From: Candidatus Kuenenia stuttgartensis
Lineage (GTDB): Bacteria > Planctomycetota > Brocadiia > Brocadiales > Brocadiaceae
Assembly (NCBI RefSeq): GCF_900232105.1
Contig: NZ_LT934425.1
Coordinates: 3,210,001 to 3,242,000, forward strand
Direction of reading: 5' to 3'
DNA: 32,000 bases
The position numbers and the translations under genes are program-made. Every line of letters begins with the position of its first letter. Position 1 is the stretch's first letter. This document shows, piece by piece, positions 10,004-18,787 of this stretch. Below the pieces are notes generated by a model, which was given only the letters and a program-made list of their open reading frames with translations, was not told the origin of the DNA and did not search any database.

Positions 10004-10555
10004 ATGAAGTTTAAAAACAATGAAGTGCCTGATGTTATCGAAATAACATGCCCCTATTGCAAGGGCTGTCTTACCGTATCGGTTTATTGCGAGTCGATAC
10101 TATGCAGCCATTGTAGCCGGCATGTCAATGTGAAAGAAATCCTTTCCCCTTCCCAAAAAGCAAAAAGCACAACTGTTGGGAAAAGAGAGGTTTTTTGTTT
10201 TAAGTGCGGGAAGGGAATTTATGCAGATAAAAACGCGCAGGCGGTATCATGTATTTATTGTTATAACCGAAATGAACTGAGCGATTACAAGGTAAAATCG
10301 ATTTTAGGAAGAAATCTTCAGACTCACGGTACGTTGTATTTAAAGAAAAAAGGAACGATAGAGATATCAAATATTTTGGTTGGGAATGCCTTTATCGATG
10401 GCAAAATAAACGGCGACCTCACCGCAATGGGCGCGGTGGAAATTTTAAAACATGGAGAAGTTCATGGCACAATAACCTGCCGTAAATTAATAGTAAAAAA
10501 AGGCGGTATTTTTGAAGGAAGTGTACGAATGTTGCAAGGCGAGGCAAGGCCTTAA
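10004..10555 (+). CDS. Zinc-ribbon / bactofilin fusion protein
   Basis: The N-terminal ~95 aa carry four CxxC pairs (CPYC..CSHC, CFKC..CIYC). The C-terminal part has bactofilin-like repeats (GNAFIDGKINGDLTAMGAVEILKHGEVHGTITCRKLIVKKGGIFEGSV). Confidence 0.75.
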   Translation: MKFKNNEVPDVIEITCPYCKGCLTVSVYCESILCSHCSRHVNVKEILSPSQKAKSTTVGKREVFCFKCGKGIYADKNAQAVSCIYCYNRNELSDYKVKSILGRNLQTHGTLYLKKKGTIEISNILVGNAFIDGKINGDLTAMGAVEILKHGEVHGTITCRKLIVKKGGIFEGSVRMLQGEARP

Positions 10556-10557
10556 CC

Positions 10558-10620
10558 AATCGGCAATCGGTAGTCCTCAATCTGCAAATTGCCGACTACC
10601 GACTAACGACTGCTATCGGG
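10558..10620 (+). repeat. Heptanucleotide tandem array, AATCGGC type
   Basis: aatcggc aatcggt agtcctc aatctgc aaattgc cgactac cgactaa cgactgc tatcggg. The units invert after the aaattgc pivot, giving hairpin potential (cggtagtc/gactaccg). It starts 3 nt after the stop codon. Confidence 0.75.
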
Positions 10621-10666
10621 CAAGTTTCGTATTGTACTGCTGCTGGAATTTGAAGAGGGAGGCGTT

Positions 10667-11308
10667 GTGGAAAAAGAAGTTGCCGTACTCTATAAATGGG
10701 CGTCTGTACTTGCCCTTATTACTATATTTTATAATATTGCGGAAGGCGGCGTTTCTGTTGGTTTTGGGCTCGGAGATGAGACTGTTTCACTTTTTGGTTT
10801 TGGATTAGATTCATTTGTGGAAGTGATTTCAGGCGTAGGCATCTGGCATATGGTGAGGAGGCAGCGGAAGAACCCTGCTGCGGTACCTGATATATTTGAA
10901 CGACAAGCGCTCCGGATAACGGGTTTTGCCTTTTATTTGCTTACGTTTGGGCTTGCAGGTACTGCCATAGTAAATATTTTTACCCATCATCATCCGGAAA
11001 CTACGTTTTGGGGTATTATTATCGCAGCAGTCTCTATTGTCACCATGTGGATATTGATTCATTATAAGGTGAAAATTGGCAAGGCGCTTCGCTCTCCGGC
11101 GATATTAGCCGATGCAAATTGTACAAAAACGTGTGTATATCTTTCCTTTGCGCTCCTTTTTGCGAGCATCGGTTATGAACTTACCGGTATAGGCTGGTTT
11201 GACTCAATTGGTGCGGTAGTGATCGCAGGTTTTTCCTGGAAGGAGGGTCGGGAATCATTTTTGAAGGCAAAGGGTATCGGATGTAAGTGCCAGACAAATT
11301 GCCCCTGA
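10667..11308 (+). CDS. Cation-diffusion-facilitator-like membrane protein (transmembrane domain only)
   Basis: GTG start after GAGGGAGG. Multiple TM helices are present. The N-terminal region NIAEGGVSVGFGLGDETVSLFGFGLDSFVEVISG resembles CDF TM1-TM2. There is no cytoplasmic CDF C-terminal domain. The Cys-rich end is GIGCKCQTNCP. Confidence 0.55.
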   Translation: MEKEVAVLYKWASVLALITIFYNIAEGGVSVGFGLGDETVSLFGFGLDSFVEVISGVGIWHMVRRQRKNPAAVPDIFERQALRITGFAFYLLTFGLAGTAIVNIFTHHHPETTFWGIIIAAVSIVTMWILIHYKVKIGKALRSPAILADANCTKTCVYLSFALLFASIGYELTGIGWFDSIGAVVIAGFSWKEGRESFLKAKGIGCKCQTNCP

Positions 11309-11428
11309 ACATTTATACTCAGACGGTTCACCATTTGTGGTATAGCTAAAAGCACCTATTTTTAGAGTAATTTCAGAACTCCTGAATTTAGAGTTTGAGA
11401 GCATTATTATTTTGTTGAGGCGATTGTT

Positions 11429-11653
11429 ATGCGGACAGAATATATTCACAAAGCAATGGATATGGCGAAGTACGGGATAATTGAAGATAACCATACATAC
11501 TGGGGAGAGATGCCATGTTTTAAGGGGGTATGAGGCAGGGCAAAGACGCTTGAAGAATGCCGTGAGGAATTGCGGGAAACCCTCGAAGAATGGATTGTAT
11601 TCAGGTTAAAAAATCAACTTGAACTGCCTGAAATTGGTCGCAAAATTGATTAA
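11429..11653 (+). pseudogene. hicB: HicB-family antitoxin-like gene interrupted by an in-frame TGA
   Basis: Translation: MRTEYIHKAMDMAKYGIIEDNHTYWGEMPCFKGV*GRAKTLEECREELRETLEEWIVFRLKNQLELPEI. The TGA at 11531-11533 sits where homologues I recall have Trp (..GVWAxGKTLEEC..). No intact hicA is seen nearby. Confidence 0.55.
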
Positions 11654-11667
11654 TAATATGGATAAGG

Positions 11668-13035
11668 TTATTTCAAGCGGACCAATTTGTTGCGGAGCGT
11701 GGTTCTTGGAATACCGAGTATTTCTGCCATCTTCACCTGATTACCGTTTGTTTTCTGGTGCGCCCATTCGATAAGTCTTTTTTCTACCTCGGTAAGAACA
11801 TCGTGTAATTGAATTGTTTGAGTGTTTGATAAATCCATAGAAATGAGTTTTTTGTGGATTTCTACTCTTTTTAAATAATCAGGCAGTGTATCGATAGTAA
11901 TGCCATGAGAATGGGAAAACGCAACGGCATGTTCTATTACATTTTCAAGTTCTCTTACATTTCCGGGCCAGTTATATTCCATAAGAACATTTAAGGTTTC
12001 CCTGGAGACTCCCGGCAAGGCGTCTTCATGCCTTGATACAAATTTTTTAAGAAAATAATTGATTAAACGAGGGATATCGTCCTTCCTTTCACGAAGGGGG
12101 GGAATGGTAATCGGCACCACGTTTAACCGGTAAAACAAATCTTCCCGGAACTCTCCCTTTTTTGCCAGTAGCAGAAGATCTTTTTTGGTGGCGCAAATGA
12201 TCCTTACGTTAATGGAAAGGGTTTTTTCGCCGCCTACTCTTTCAAATGTCCTTTCCTGGATTACCCGCAACAATTTTACCTGCATATCCAAAGGGATGTC
12301 ATCCACATCGTCGAGGAAAATAGAGCCTCCGTTTGCAAGCTCAAATCTGCCGCGTCTTGTCTTTATCGCACCGGTAAAGGAGCCTTTTTCATGTCCGAAA
12401 AGTTCGCTTTCCAGTATTTCTCTGTTTAGGGCGGCGCAGCTTACCCGGATAAAGGGACCCATTTTCCTGCCGCTATGATAATGCACTGCCCCCGCAATTT
12501 TTTCTTTGCCGGTACCGCTCTCTCCCTGTATGAGAATGGTGGAATCTCTGTCAGATATTTCTTTTACCGTTTCAATAAGTTTTTTCATTGCGTGACTGCT
12601 TCCAACGATATTATGAAACTCAAATTCAGATTGTATTTCTCTTCTCAGGCGGGTCACTTCAGCGGTTGTGTTTTTGTGTTGAAGCGCCCTTTGTAACTTA
12701 ATGATCAATTCGTCAGTGGAAAAGGGTTTTGCAATATAGTCATACGCCCCTTCCTTTGTTGCGGCGACAGCGCTTTCGAGGGTTCCATACGCAGTCATAA
12801 TTACGACTATAATGTCCGGATTATAATTTTTAATTTCTTTTAACAGCTCCATGCCATTCATGTTTGGCAATCGTAAGTCCGTCACCACTATGTCAAATTC
12901 TTCCGACCTTATCAAACTCATCCCTTCATTTGCGTTGTCAACAGAACTTACATCATACCCTTCTTTTTTTAACTGACTCTCCAGTGAAATCCTCATTAGT
13001 TTTTCATCATCGACAATTAAAATCTTGTTGCTCAT
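11668..13035 (-). CDS. Sigma54-dependent response regulator (REC - AAA+ - Fis-type HTH; NtrC family)
   Basis: Receiver (ILIVDD, VVTDLRLPNMNG), Walker A GESGTGKE, GSFTGA (a GAFTGA variant), and a C-terminal HTH (MAEILGIPRTTLRNKL). Confidence 0.9.
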   Translation of the reverse strand: MSNKILIVDDEKLMRISLESQLKKEGYDVSSVDNANEGMSLIRSEEFDIVVTDLRLPNMNGMELLKEIKNYNPDIIVVIMTAYGTLESAVAATKEGAYDYIAKPFSTDELIIKLQRALQHKNTTAEVTRLRREIQSEFEFHNIVGSSHAMKKLIETVKEISDRDSTILIQGESGTGKEKIAGAVHYHSGRKMGPFIRVSCAALNREILESELFGHEKGSFTGAIKTRRGRFELANGGSIFLDDVDDIPLDMQVKLLRVIQERTFERVGGEKTLSINVRIICATKKDLLLLAKKGEFREDLFYRLNVVPITIPPLRERKDDIPRLINYFLKKFVSRHEDALPGVSRETLNVLMEYNWPGNVRELENVIEHAVAFSHSHGITIDTLPDYLKRVEIHKKLISMDLSNTQTIQLHDVLTEVEKRLIEWAHQKTNGNQVKMAEILGIPRTTLRNKLVRLK

Positions 13036-13100
13036 GTGAAACTCCTAAACTGGCATTGCCAGAACAAAATAAGCACGAAATACGAAATACGAAAGGCGGA
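13036..13100 (-). repeat. Partial copy of the 120-bp element immediately upstream of the regulator gene
   Basis: The reverse complement reads cgtatttcgtatttcgtgcttattttgttctggcaatgccagtttaggag. It matches 9361-9415 (cgtatttcgtattttttatttcctgtttgtttggttctggctatgccagtttaggaa). It includes tacgaaa heptamers. Confidence 0.6.
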
Positions 13101-13166
13101 ACCAAAGATTACACAGATTGTACAGATTAAAAAAATTAAACATTCGGATTTTACCATTTAATATTT

Positions 13167-13212
13167 AAACCGCCGGTTCTCAAGCTGGAGCTTGGGAACT
13201 AGCGGTTTTTTT
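13167..13212 (+). terminator. Strong GC hairpin plus T7 run, oriented on the + strand, inside the kinase-regulator spacer
   Basis: aaaccgc-cggttctcaagct-gg-agcttgggaact-a-gcggttt is followed by ttttttt. The core gttc.caagc/gcttgggaac belongs to a palindrome family also seen at 27919-27942 and 28071-28185. Confidence 0.45.
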
Positions 13213-13373
13213 CATAGAACTAAAGTATAAAATTATTTTATCCTCTCCATTCTGCCGCGGTGGTTTTTTTTAAGTTAACAGGAAAATATTGCTATTGTAA
13301 AGAGAAAGTGTTTTTTAGTCGCTGTTTTACGTCATTGTACGGTTTTCCCAGGCGTCTTTATCCGCAGTCCTTG

Positions 13374-15716
13374 CTACGTTGTTGCCTTTCTCACAGGCAA
13401 ACATATAGAGAATGTTGTTCCTTTGCCGGGCTTGCTATCCACAAAAATGTTTCCGTCATGGTCTTCCACAATCCTTTTGCTAATGGCAAGTCCCAGGCCG
13501 CTTCCCATTTCTTTTGTGGTGAAAAAAGGGTTGAAGATCCTGCTGGCAATATCATCGTTAATGCCAGGCCCGGTATCGGTAATTTTTATGTGTATGCTTG
13601 ATTTCAGATGGTTGCAATGGCCGGTGGCAATGGTGAGTTTTCCGCCGTCATCCATGCAGTCAAGCGCGTTTACCAGAATGTTAATTATCACCTGTGAAAT
13701 CTGATCAGCATCTGCGTAAATTTCCGGCAAGCCGGAAAACAGACGTTCTTCCAGTGTTATCCGTTGTTCTTTGATGCGGTGATCCAAAAACCGTATGGAA
13801 TTTCTTACTACCGTATTTACGCAATGATTGTCCATATGTGTTGAATAAGGACGGGAAAATGCCATGAGCTGTTTTACAATAACTTCTATCCTTTTCAATC
13901 CTTCTGCCATTAATTCCAGAAATTCTTTGTTTTGTGAAATATTTTCCGGTTCCCTGGACATCATTTTTACGAAATTTAGCAATCCTCCCAGCGGGTTGTT
14001 TATTTCATGGGCAACGCCCGCCGCCAATTCGCCGACAGCGGCAAGGCGTTCGGTTTGAATAAGCTGCATTTCCATCCTTTTTCTTTCGGTGACGTCCCTG
14101 CAAATCCATTGAATCGTCCTTTTTTTGCCATATGCAATAATACTTGCGCTAATGCTCGTGGGGATGATTCTTCCGTCAGCATGCTGGCAATCAAGGTTGT
14201 CCAGCATACCGGAGCCTTTCTTATTTATTTCACGCCATAAATGTTTGGTTTTTTGCCGGTCATATTCCGGCACAATCTCCCATATTTTTCTCCGGCTTAA
14301 TTCCTTTTTTGTGTATCCCGATAGTTCTTCCGCCTTTTTGTTTGAATCAACAATATGCGCCATATCCGGGTCAAGGGTGAAAATGGCGTCATTGGCAAGA
14401 TTTATTGATTCCCTGTATTTTTCTTCAGAAGCCCTCAACTGAGAGGTTCTCTCTCTTATTCTTTGTTCAAGTCCTGCGTATGATTCTTCCAGCTTTTCTG
14501 CCATTTTGTTAAACTCGGACGCAAGCCTGCCAACCTCATCTCCTGATTTAATTGATATTCTGTGGTTAAGGCTTCCCTTGCCAATTGCTTCCGCTCCCTT
14601 CACCAGTTGAAGAATCGGCTGAGTTATTCCATGGGTAATGATGAAAACGATAGCTATGATAACGAGGACGCTTGCGCTGACTAAGGTAATGACATGTATT
14701 TTTAATTTTGTAATGGGCTTAAAGGCCTCCTGTTTGTCCTGCTTTACCAGCAGCCCCCACTTTACAGGGGAAATATGGCGGAAAGCGCAAAGGACTTCTA
14801 CCCCTCTGTAATCATACGCTTCCATAATGCCTTCTTCCATAGAGTCGAGCATAAAAGATTCAGGCGCTATTAGTCTTATGGGAATACTCAGGCTTAGTGC
14901 AGTATTTGCCAAATGGCGCGAGTTGTTGAGAAATATCAACTTGTTGCCATTGCGGCGTACTAATAACGTTTCGCCGGTATCTTCCCTTCCCGGCCAGTCC
15001 TGCATTAACGCATTGATGGAGTCTTCCGTGTTTACCCTGATAAGAACAATGCCATTGACTTCGTCCGTTTCCTCCATAGTTATCGGATCAGTGAGTTTTG
15101 TTGTACTAAAGAAAGTCATGCCTATTTGCTTTGTATATTCTGAATAGTGGATATCTTTAAAAGGCATTCCCTTATTATTCAGGACATCAAGGTAATAAGG
15201 GAAATCCTTGTCGAACATACCGATATTGGAAGGGTTCGTGGATATAACAATTTCACCGTTTTCAATATCGAGGATAGATATCTCATCACAATAAATGAGT
15301 TTTTCCTTAAGGCTGTTTAAATATTCTGACAACCGGTTATAATACACCCTTCCGATCTCGGTTTCTTTCATACTGCCGATGGTGCGAAATGCTTTTCTCA
15401 GATACAGCAGATTGGAAAAAGATACCTCTAAAGATTTGTTTGTAGAAAGAACGCTAATATCTACGACCCTTTCCTGTAGCCAACTGTTCAGTTGTGTTTT
15501 TTTTAAATCAGCAATAGAAGTGAGTTTTTCCACCACTTTTTCGCTTAATGCCTTTTTCCCTTTTTTGTATGAAGTACTGATTACTACAAGAATCGGGATG
15601 GTAGTAATTAGTATAAGATAGAAAATAAGTTTTATTTTTATGGTCTTGAAAAAACGGAAATATGTTTTTTTCTGTTTGGGCATATTTTTTTCTGCAGTTT
15701 TCAACGGCAGTTCCAA
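13374..15716 (-). CDS. Sensor histidine kinase (TM - large periplasmic Cache-like domain - TM - HAMP - PAS - HisKA - HATPase)
   Basis: Two hydrophobic segments flank a ~300-aa extracytoplasmic region. The H-box is AAGVAHEINNPLGG. The ATPase part has NALDCMDDGG, DTGPGI and GSGLGLAI. An alternative start lies at 15683 (MPKQKK). Confidence 0.9.
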   Translation of the reverse strand: MELPLKTAEKNMPKQKKTYFRFFKTIKIKLIFYLILITTIPILVVISTSYKKGKKALSEKVVEKLTSIADLKKTQLNSWLQERVVDISVLSTNKSLEVSFSNLLYLRKAFRTIGSMKETEIGRVYYNRLSEYLNSLKEKLIYCDEISILDIENGEIVISTNPSNIGMFDKDFPYYLDVLNNKGMPFKDIHYSEYTKQIGMTFFSTTKLTDPITMEETDEVNGIVLIRVNTEDSINALMQDWPGREDTGETLLVRRNGNKLIFLNNSRHLANTALSLSIPIRLIAPESFMLDSMEEGIMEAYDYRGVEVLCAFRHISPVKWGLLVKQDKQEAFKPITKLKIHVITLVSASVLVIIAIVFIITHGITQPILQLVKGAEAIGKGSLNHRISIKSGDEVGRLASEFNKMAEKLEESYAGLEQRIRERTSQLRASEEKYRESINLANDAIFTLDPDMAHIVDSNKKAEELSGYTKKELSRRKIWEIVPEYDRQKTKHLWREINKKGSGMLDNLDCQHADGRIIPTSISASIIAYGKKRTIQWICRDVTERKRMEMQLIQTERLAAVGELAAGVAHEINNPLGGLLNFVKMMSREPENISQNKEFLELMAEGLKRIEVIVKQLMAFSRPYSTHMDNHCVNTVVRNSIRFLDHRIKEQRITLEERLFSGLPEIYADADQISQVIINILVNALDCMDDGGKLTIATGHCNHLKSSIHIKITDTGPGINDDIASRIFNPFFTTKEMGSGLGLAISKRIVEDHDGNIFVDSKPGKGTTFSICLPVRKATT

Positions 15717-15835
15717 TCCTGGTTAAGTATAAGAAAGTTCATATAAATTAAACCCCGCAATGGGCATGGCAATCGCGGTATAACGACAATTTTTTCGGGT
15801 TTAGACCCTAATCCGGACAAGCAAGAATCAAACAA

Positions 15836-15905
15836 GCGCGAAATAAAAAATACGAAATACGAAATACGAAACAAATTTCAAAATACAAAATCCTAATAAA
15901 AAAAC
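15836..15905 (-). repeat. Heptamer array (tacgaaa type), partial copy of the 120-bp element
   Basis: gcgcgaa ataaaaa atacgaa atacgaa atacgaa acaaatt tcaaaat acaaaat. It is upstream of, and co-oriented with, the kinase gene. Confidence 0.65.
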
Positions 15906-15928
15906 GGTAACACGTTAGTCTTTTGAAA
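15905..15928 (-). repeat. 'caaaagactaaagtRttac' module, minus-orientation copy
   Basis: The reverse complement tttcaaaagactaacgtgttaccg matches 16421-16450 and 25034-25059. A variant lies at 16071-16101. Confidence 0.6.
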
Positions 15929-16420
15929 CTGGAAATTGTTATTTGTAGTGCGACGAGGTTCGTCGCACTACATGAATTTAGTGGGCTTAGATATTTTAAG
16001 TAAGGAACGAGCAGCAACTGTTTATATCATCCGCCCCCTACGCTTACGGCAAGCAGCGCTATTATTGAAATTTTTCAAAGAACTAAAGTATTACAAAAAA
16101 ACGGGGTTTTGAATATTTCCCCTGCTTGTTTCCAAACGCTGGCTTGAAAACAAGACTACAAAAAATAGCTTAAGCACATGTACCGCAATATGATATGACT
16201 ATAAAACCATTTTCATCGTTTCTGGGTATTGCTAATGCAACATGATGACTGTTTGGGAAAAAGCAGGAATCCTCCCCTTACCCCTCCAAAGCGGGAGAAT
16301 GTCCCCCGGTGGCGGGGGTACAGGGGGTGGATTCGTATTTAGCATTTCGGATTTACCATTAAATATTTTGCCAAAACATGCAAAGAAATTACAGCTAAGG
16401 TACTAAAAGGCAGTTTTTAC

Positions 16421-16450
16421 TTTTTCAAAAGACTAAAGTGTTACAAAAAC
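16421..16450 (+). repeat. 'caaaagactaaagtRttac' module
   Basis: tttttcaaaagactaaagtgttacaaaaac. It is near-identical to 25034-25059 (ctttttcaaaagactaaagtattaca). Confidence 0.65.
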
Positions 16451-16552
16451 GTTTATTTTACTATCCGTTCAATTTTTATATAATATTTAATCTGAATGTG
16501 ATACAAATAATAAAAAAGGACTTTATTTGGCTAATTTACAGGAGCAAATGTT

Positions 16553-17719
16553 ATGTTGAAAAAAATGAACCTTTCTTTTATTTCCTGTTTTTGCATTATA
16601 GTAACAATTCTTATTCAGTTCAAATCTATCCATGCCGAAGATGCGGATATTCCATGGCAGATGTTTCGAAGGGATTTGCAGCATACCGGCCAAAGCCCTT
16701 TTGTTGGGCCAAAAAACAGTGAGGTAAAGTGGGCTTTTAAAATTGATACGCGTATTACCTCATCTCCTGCAGTAGGGTGTGACGGCGTCATTTATTTCGG
16801 CTCGGTAGACGGCAGATTATATGCTCTTAACCAGGATGGTGCAGAAAAATGGGTACTTCAGGTAGGTGACGAAATAACAGCTTCTCCTGCTATCGGAAGG
16901 GATGGGACAATTTATATTGGTTCGCGGGATAAAAAAATGTATGCTGTTTCTCCTGAAGGAAAGGTAGTGTGGACTTATAAAACGGAGGGTATCATTCTCT
17001 CCTCGGCAGCGGTAACGAAAGATGCCGTATATTTCGGCGCTGATGATAACAACCTCTACGTCCTCTCGCTTGATGGAACATTAAAATGGAGATATACTGC
17101 CCCAAGCAATTTAAAAGCCTCCCCTTCCCTATGGGATGATGGCTCGGTCTGTATCTTTGCAGAAAAAGGCACCCTTCATGCAATTTCCGCTGATGGCGCC
17201 CAGAAGTGGGTAAAAAGAGTGGGGTCTGGCGTCTATTCCTCGTTTTCATCCCCCGCTATCGGAAAAGATGGGGTGGTGTATGTCGGCGCGGATAATGGGA
17301 GAATGGTTGCCATAAATCCTGACGGAAACATTCGCTGGTATGTCAATACCGGCAAAGCGGTGCATAGCAGTCCTGCAATAGGAAAGGATGGGGCAATTGT
17401 GTTCGGCGCATATAATGGCTTTGTATATGCTATTTATCCTGACTGTAAATTAAAGTGGAGCTTTAGAACAGGGGGTTGGGTAGAATCATCCCCTGCAATC
17501 GATGCCGATGGAACTGTTTACATTGGTTCCAGTGACGGAAAACTTTATGCCATCGACTCAAAAGGCAATTTGAAATGGTCATTCCAAACAATGGCCGCGG
17601 TTGAAGCATCACCTGCCATTGGGCCAAATGGCGCAATTTACATCGGTTCCAATGATAATCATTTTTATGCAATTGGCGGGGAAGAAAGAGATACTCCAGT
17701 GCCTCTGTTCGATAAATAG
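16553..17719 (+). CDS. Secreted PQQ-like/BamB-like beta-propeller repeat protein
   Basis: Signal peptide (..ILIQFKSIHA/EDAD) followed by about 8 repeats of SSPAIGxDGTIYxGSxDxxLYAxxxxGxxKW. Confidence 0.8.
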   Translation: MLKKMNLSFISCFCIIVTILIQFKSIHAEDADIPWQMFRRDLQHTGQSPFVGPKNSEVKWAFKIDTRITSSPAVGCDGVIYFGSVDGRLYALNQDGAEKWVLQVGDEITASPAIGRDGTIYIGSRDKKMYAVSPEGKVVWTYKTEGIILSSAAVTKDAVYFGADDNNLYVLSLDGTLKWRYTAPSNLKASPSLWDDGSVCIFAEKGTLHAISADGAQKWVKRVGSGVYSSFSSPAIGKDGVVYVGADNGRMVAINPDGNIRWYVNTGKAVHSSPAIGKDGAIVFGAYNGFVYAIYPDCKLKWSFRTGGWVESSPAIDADGTVYIGSSDGKLYAIDSKGNLKWSFQTMAAVEASPAIGPNGAIYIGSNDNHFYAIGGEERDTPVPLFDK

Positions 17720-17742
17720 TACCTTAACATATGAGGTACTAT

Positions 17743-17784
17743 TTAAAATCGTACATCCCAAACCGTAATTCGTAAATCTAAAAA
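17743..17784 (+). repeat. Heptamer array (cgtaaat type)
   Basis: ttaaaat cgtacat cccaaac cgtaatt cgtaaat ctaaaaa. It lies between the propeller gene and the DUF362 gene. Confidence 0.6.
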
Positions 17785-17785
17785 G

Positions 17786-18778
17786 ATGAATAGCAAAGGG
17801 AAAATCAGTAGACGAGGTTTTTTAAAGACAGGCATTGCCGTAGGCGCGGGAGTGTATGGACTTCCGTATCTTCGTGCAATAAAGAAGAAACCTACGCTGA
17901 AACAATTGAAGGAACATGATCTGAAGCCAGGGATAGTTGTGGTTCACGGAGATAGTGCAAACGCAAATGGAGAAGATGTGGTTGTTAAAGAAATGGTAAG
18001 GCGTGCAATAAGCGCACTGGGTGGGATGCGTAAACTTGTTTCCAATGGCGACCGGGTACTTATCAAGCCAAACATTGCATGGAACCAGTCTCCGGAATTT
18101 GCAGCCAATACAAACCCCTGCGTCGTTGCCGCGCTTGTTGCATTATGTAAAGATGCAGGTGCCCGTTCGGTAGTGGTTATGGACCATACATGTTCCGCAA
18201 ACCCAGAAACATCTTACAATAGGAGCGGCATTGTTTCCGCCGCCATCCGGGCTGGTGCGAAGGTTTCATACATAAACAAAAATCGGTTCAGGGATTTTGT
18301 TATCCCGGACGGCACGGTTTTAAAACAGTGGTCATTTTACGAGGAAATGGTGTATAAGGACGAAGTCGACGTCCTCATTAATGTGCCCATAGCGAAACAA
18401 CATGGCACATCAAGGCTTTCCATGGCTTTGAAAAATGTCTTTGGCATGATCGGAGGAGACAGGGGAAGTCTGCATACCGATATACACCCAAAAATTGCAG
18501 ATCTCAACAAATTTGTGAAAGTAGATCTTACCGTGCTTGACGCCTTCAGGATTTTAAAAAAGAACGGACCCACTGGCGGACGGCTGGATGATGTAGATAA
18601 TTCGCAGGAACACGCAAGGCGCATCATTGTCAGCACTGACCCCGTTGCAGTTGACGCATATGGCGCAACATTGTTTGGCATTCAGCCAAAGGACGTGGGC
18701 TATATCAGGAAATCCCATGAAGAGGGATTAGGGGAAATCGATTATACATCAATGGGTTTTGAAGAATTTCACGTGTAA
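17786..18778 (+). CDS. Tat-signal DUF362-family protein
   Basis: Twin-arginine motif SRRGFLKTGIAVGAG. The body has VLIKPNIAWN, VVMDH and other features I associate with DUF362. 330 aa. Confidence 0.65.
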   Translation: MNSKGKISRRGFLKTGIAVGAGVYGLPYLRAIKKKPTLKQLKEHDLKPGIVVVHGDSANANGEDVVVKEMVRRAISALGGMRKLVSNGDRVLIKPNIAWNQSPEFAANTNPCVVAALVALCKDAGARSVVVMDHTCSANPETSYNRSGIVSAAIRAGAKVSYINKNRFRDFVIPDGTVLKQWSFYEEMVYKDEVDVLINVPIAKQHGTSRLSMALKNVFGMIGGDRGSLHTDIHPKIADLNKFVKVDLTVLDAFRILKKNGPTGGRLDDVDNSQEHARRIIVSTDPVAVDAYGATLFGIQPKDVGYIRKSHEEGLGEIDYTSMGFEEFHV

Positions 18779-18787
18779 TCAACGGCG

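Noticed and set aside
11531-11533. In-frame TGA in the hicB-like gene as selenocysteine or programmed recoding
   Set aside because: The position corresponds to a conserved Trp (one transition from TGG). I saw no SECIS-like hairpin immediately downstream, and antitoxins are not selenoproteins. A nonsense mutation or sequencing error is simpler.
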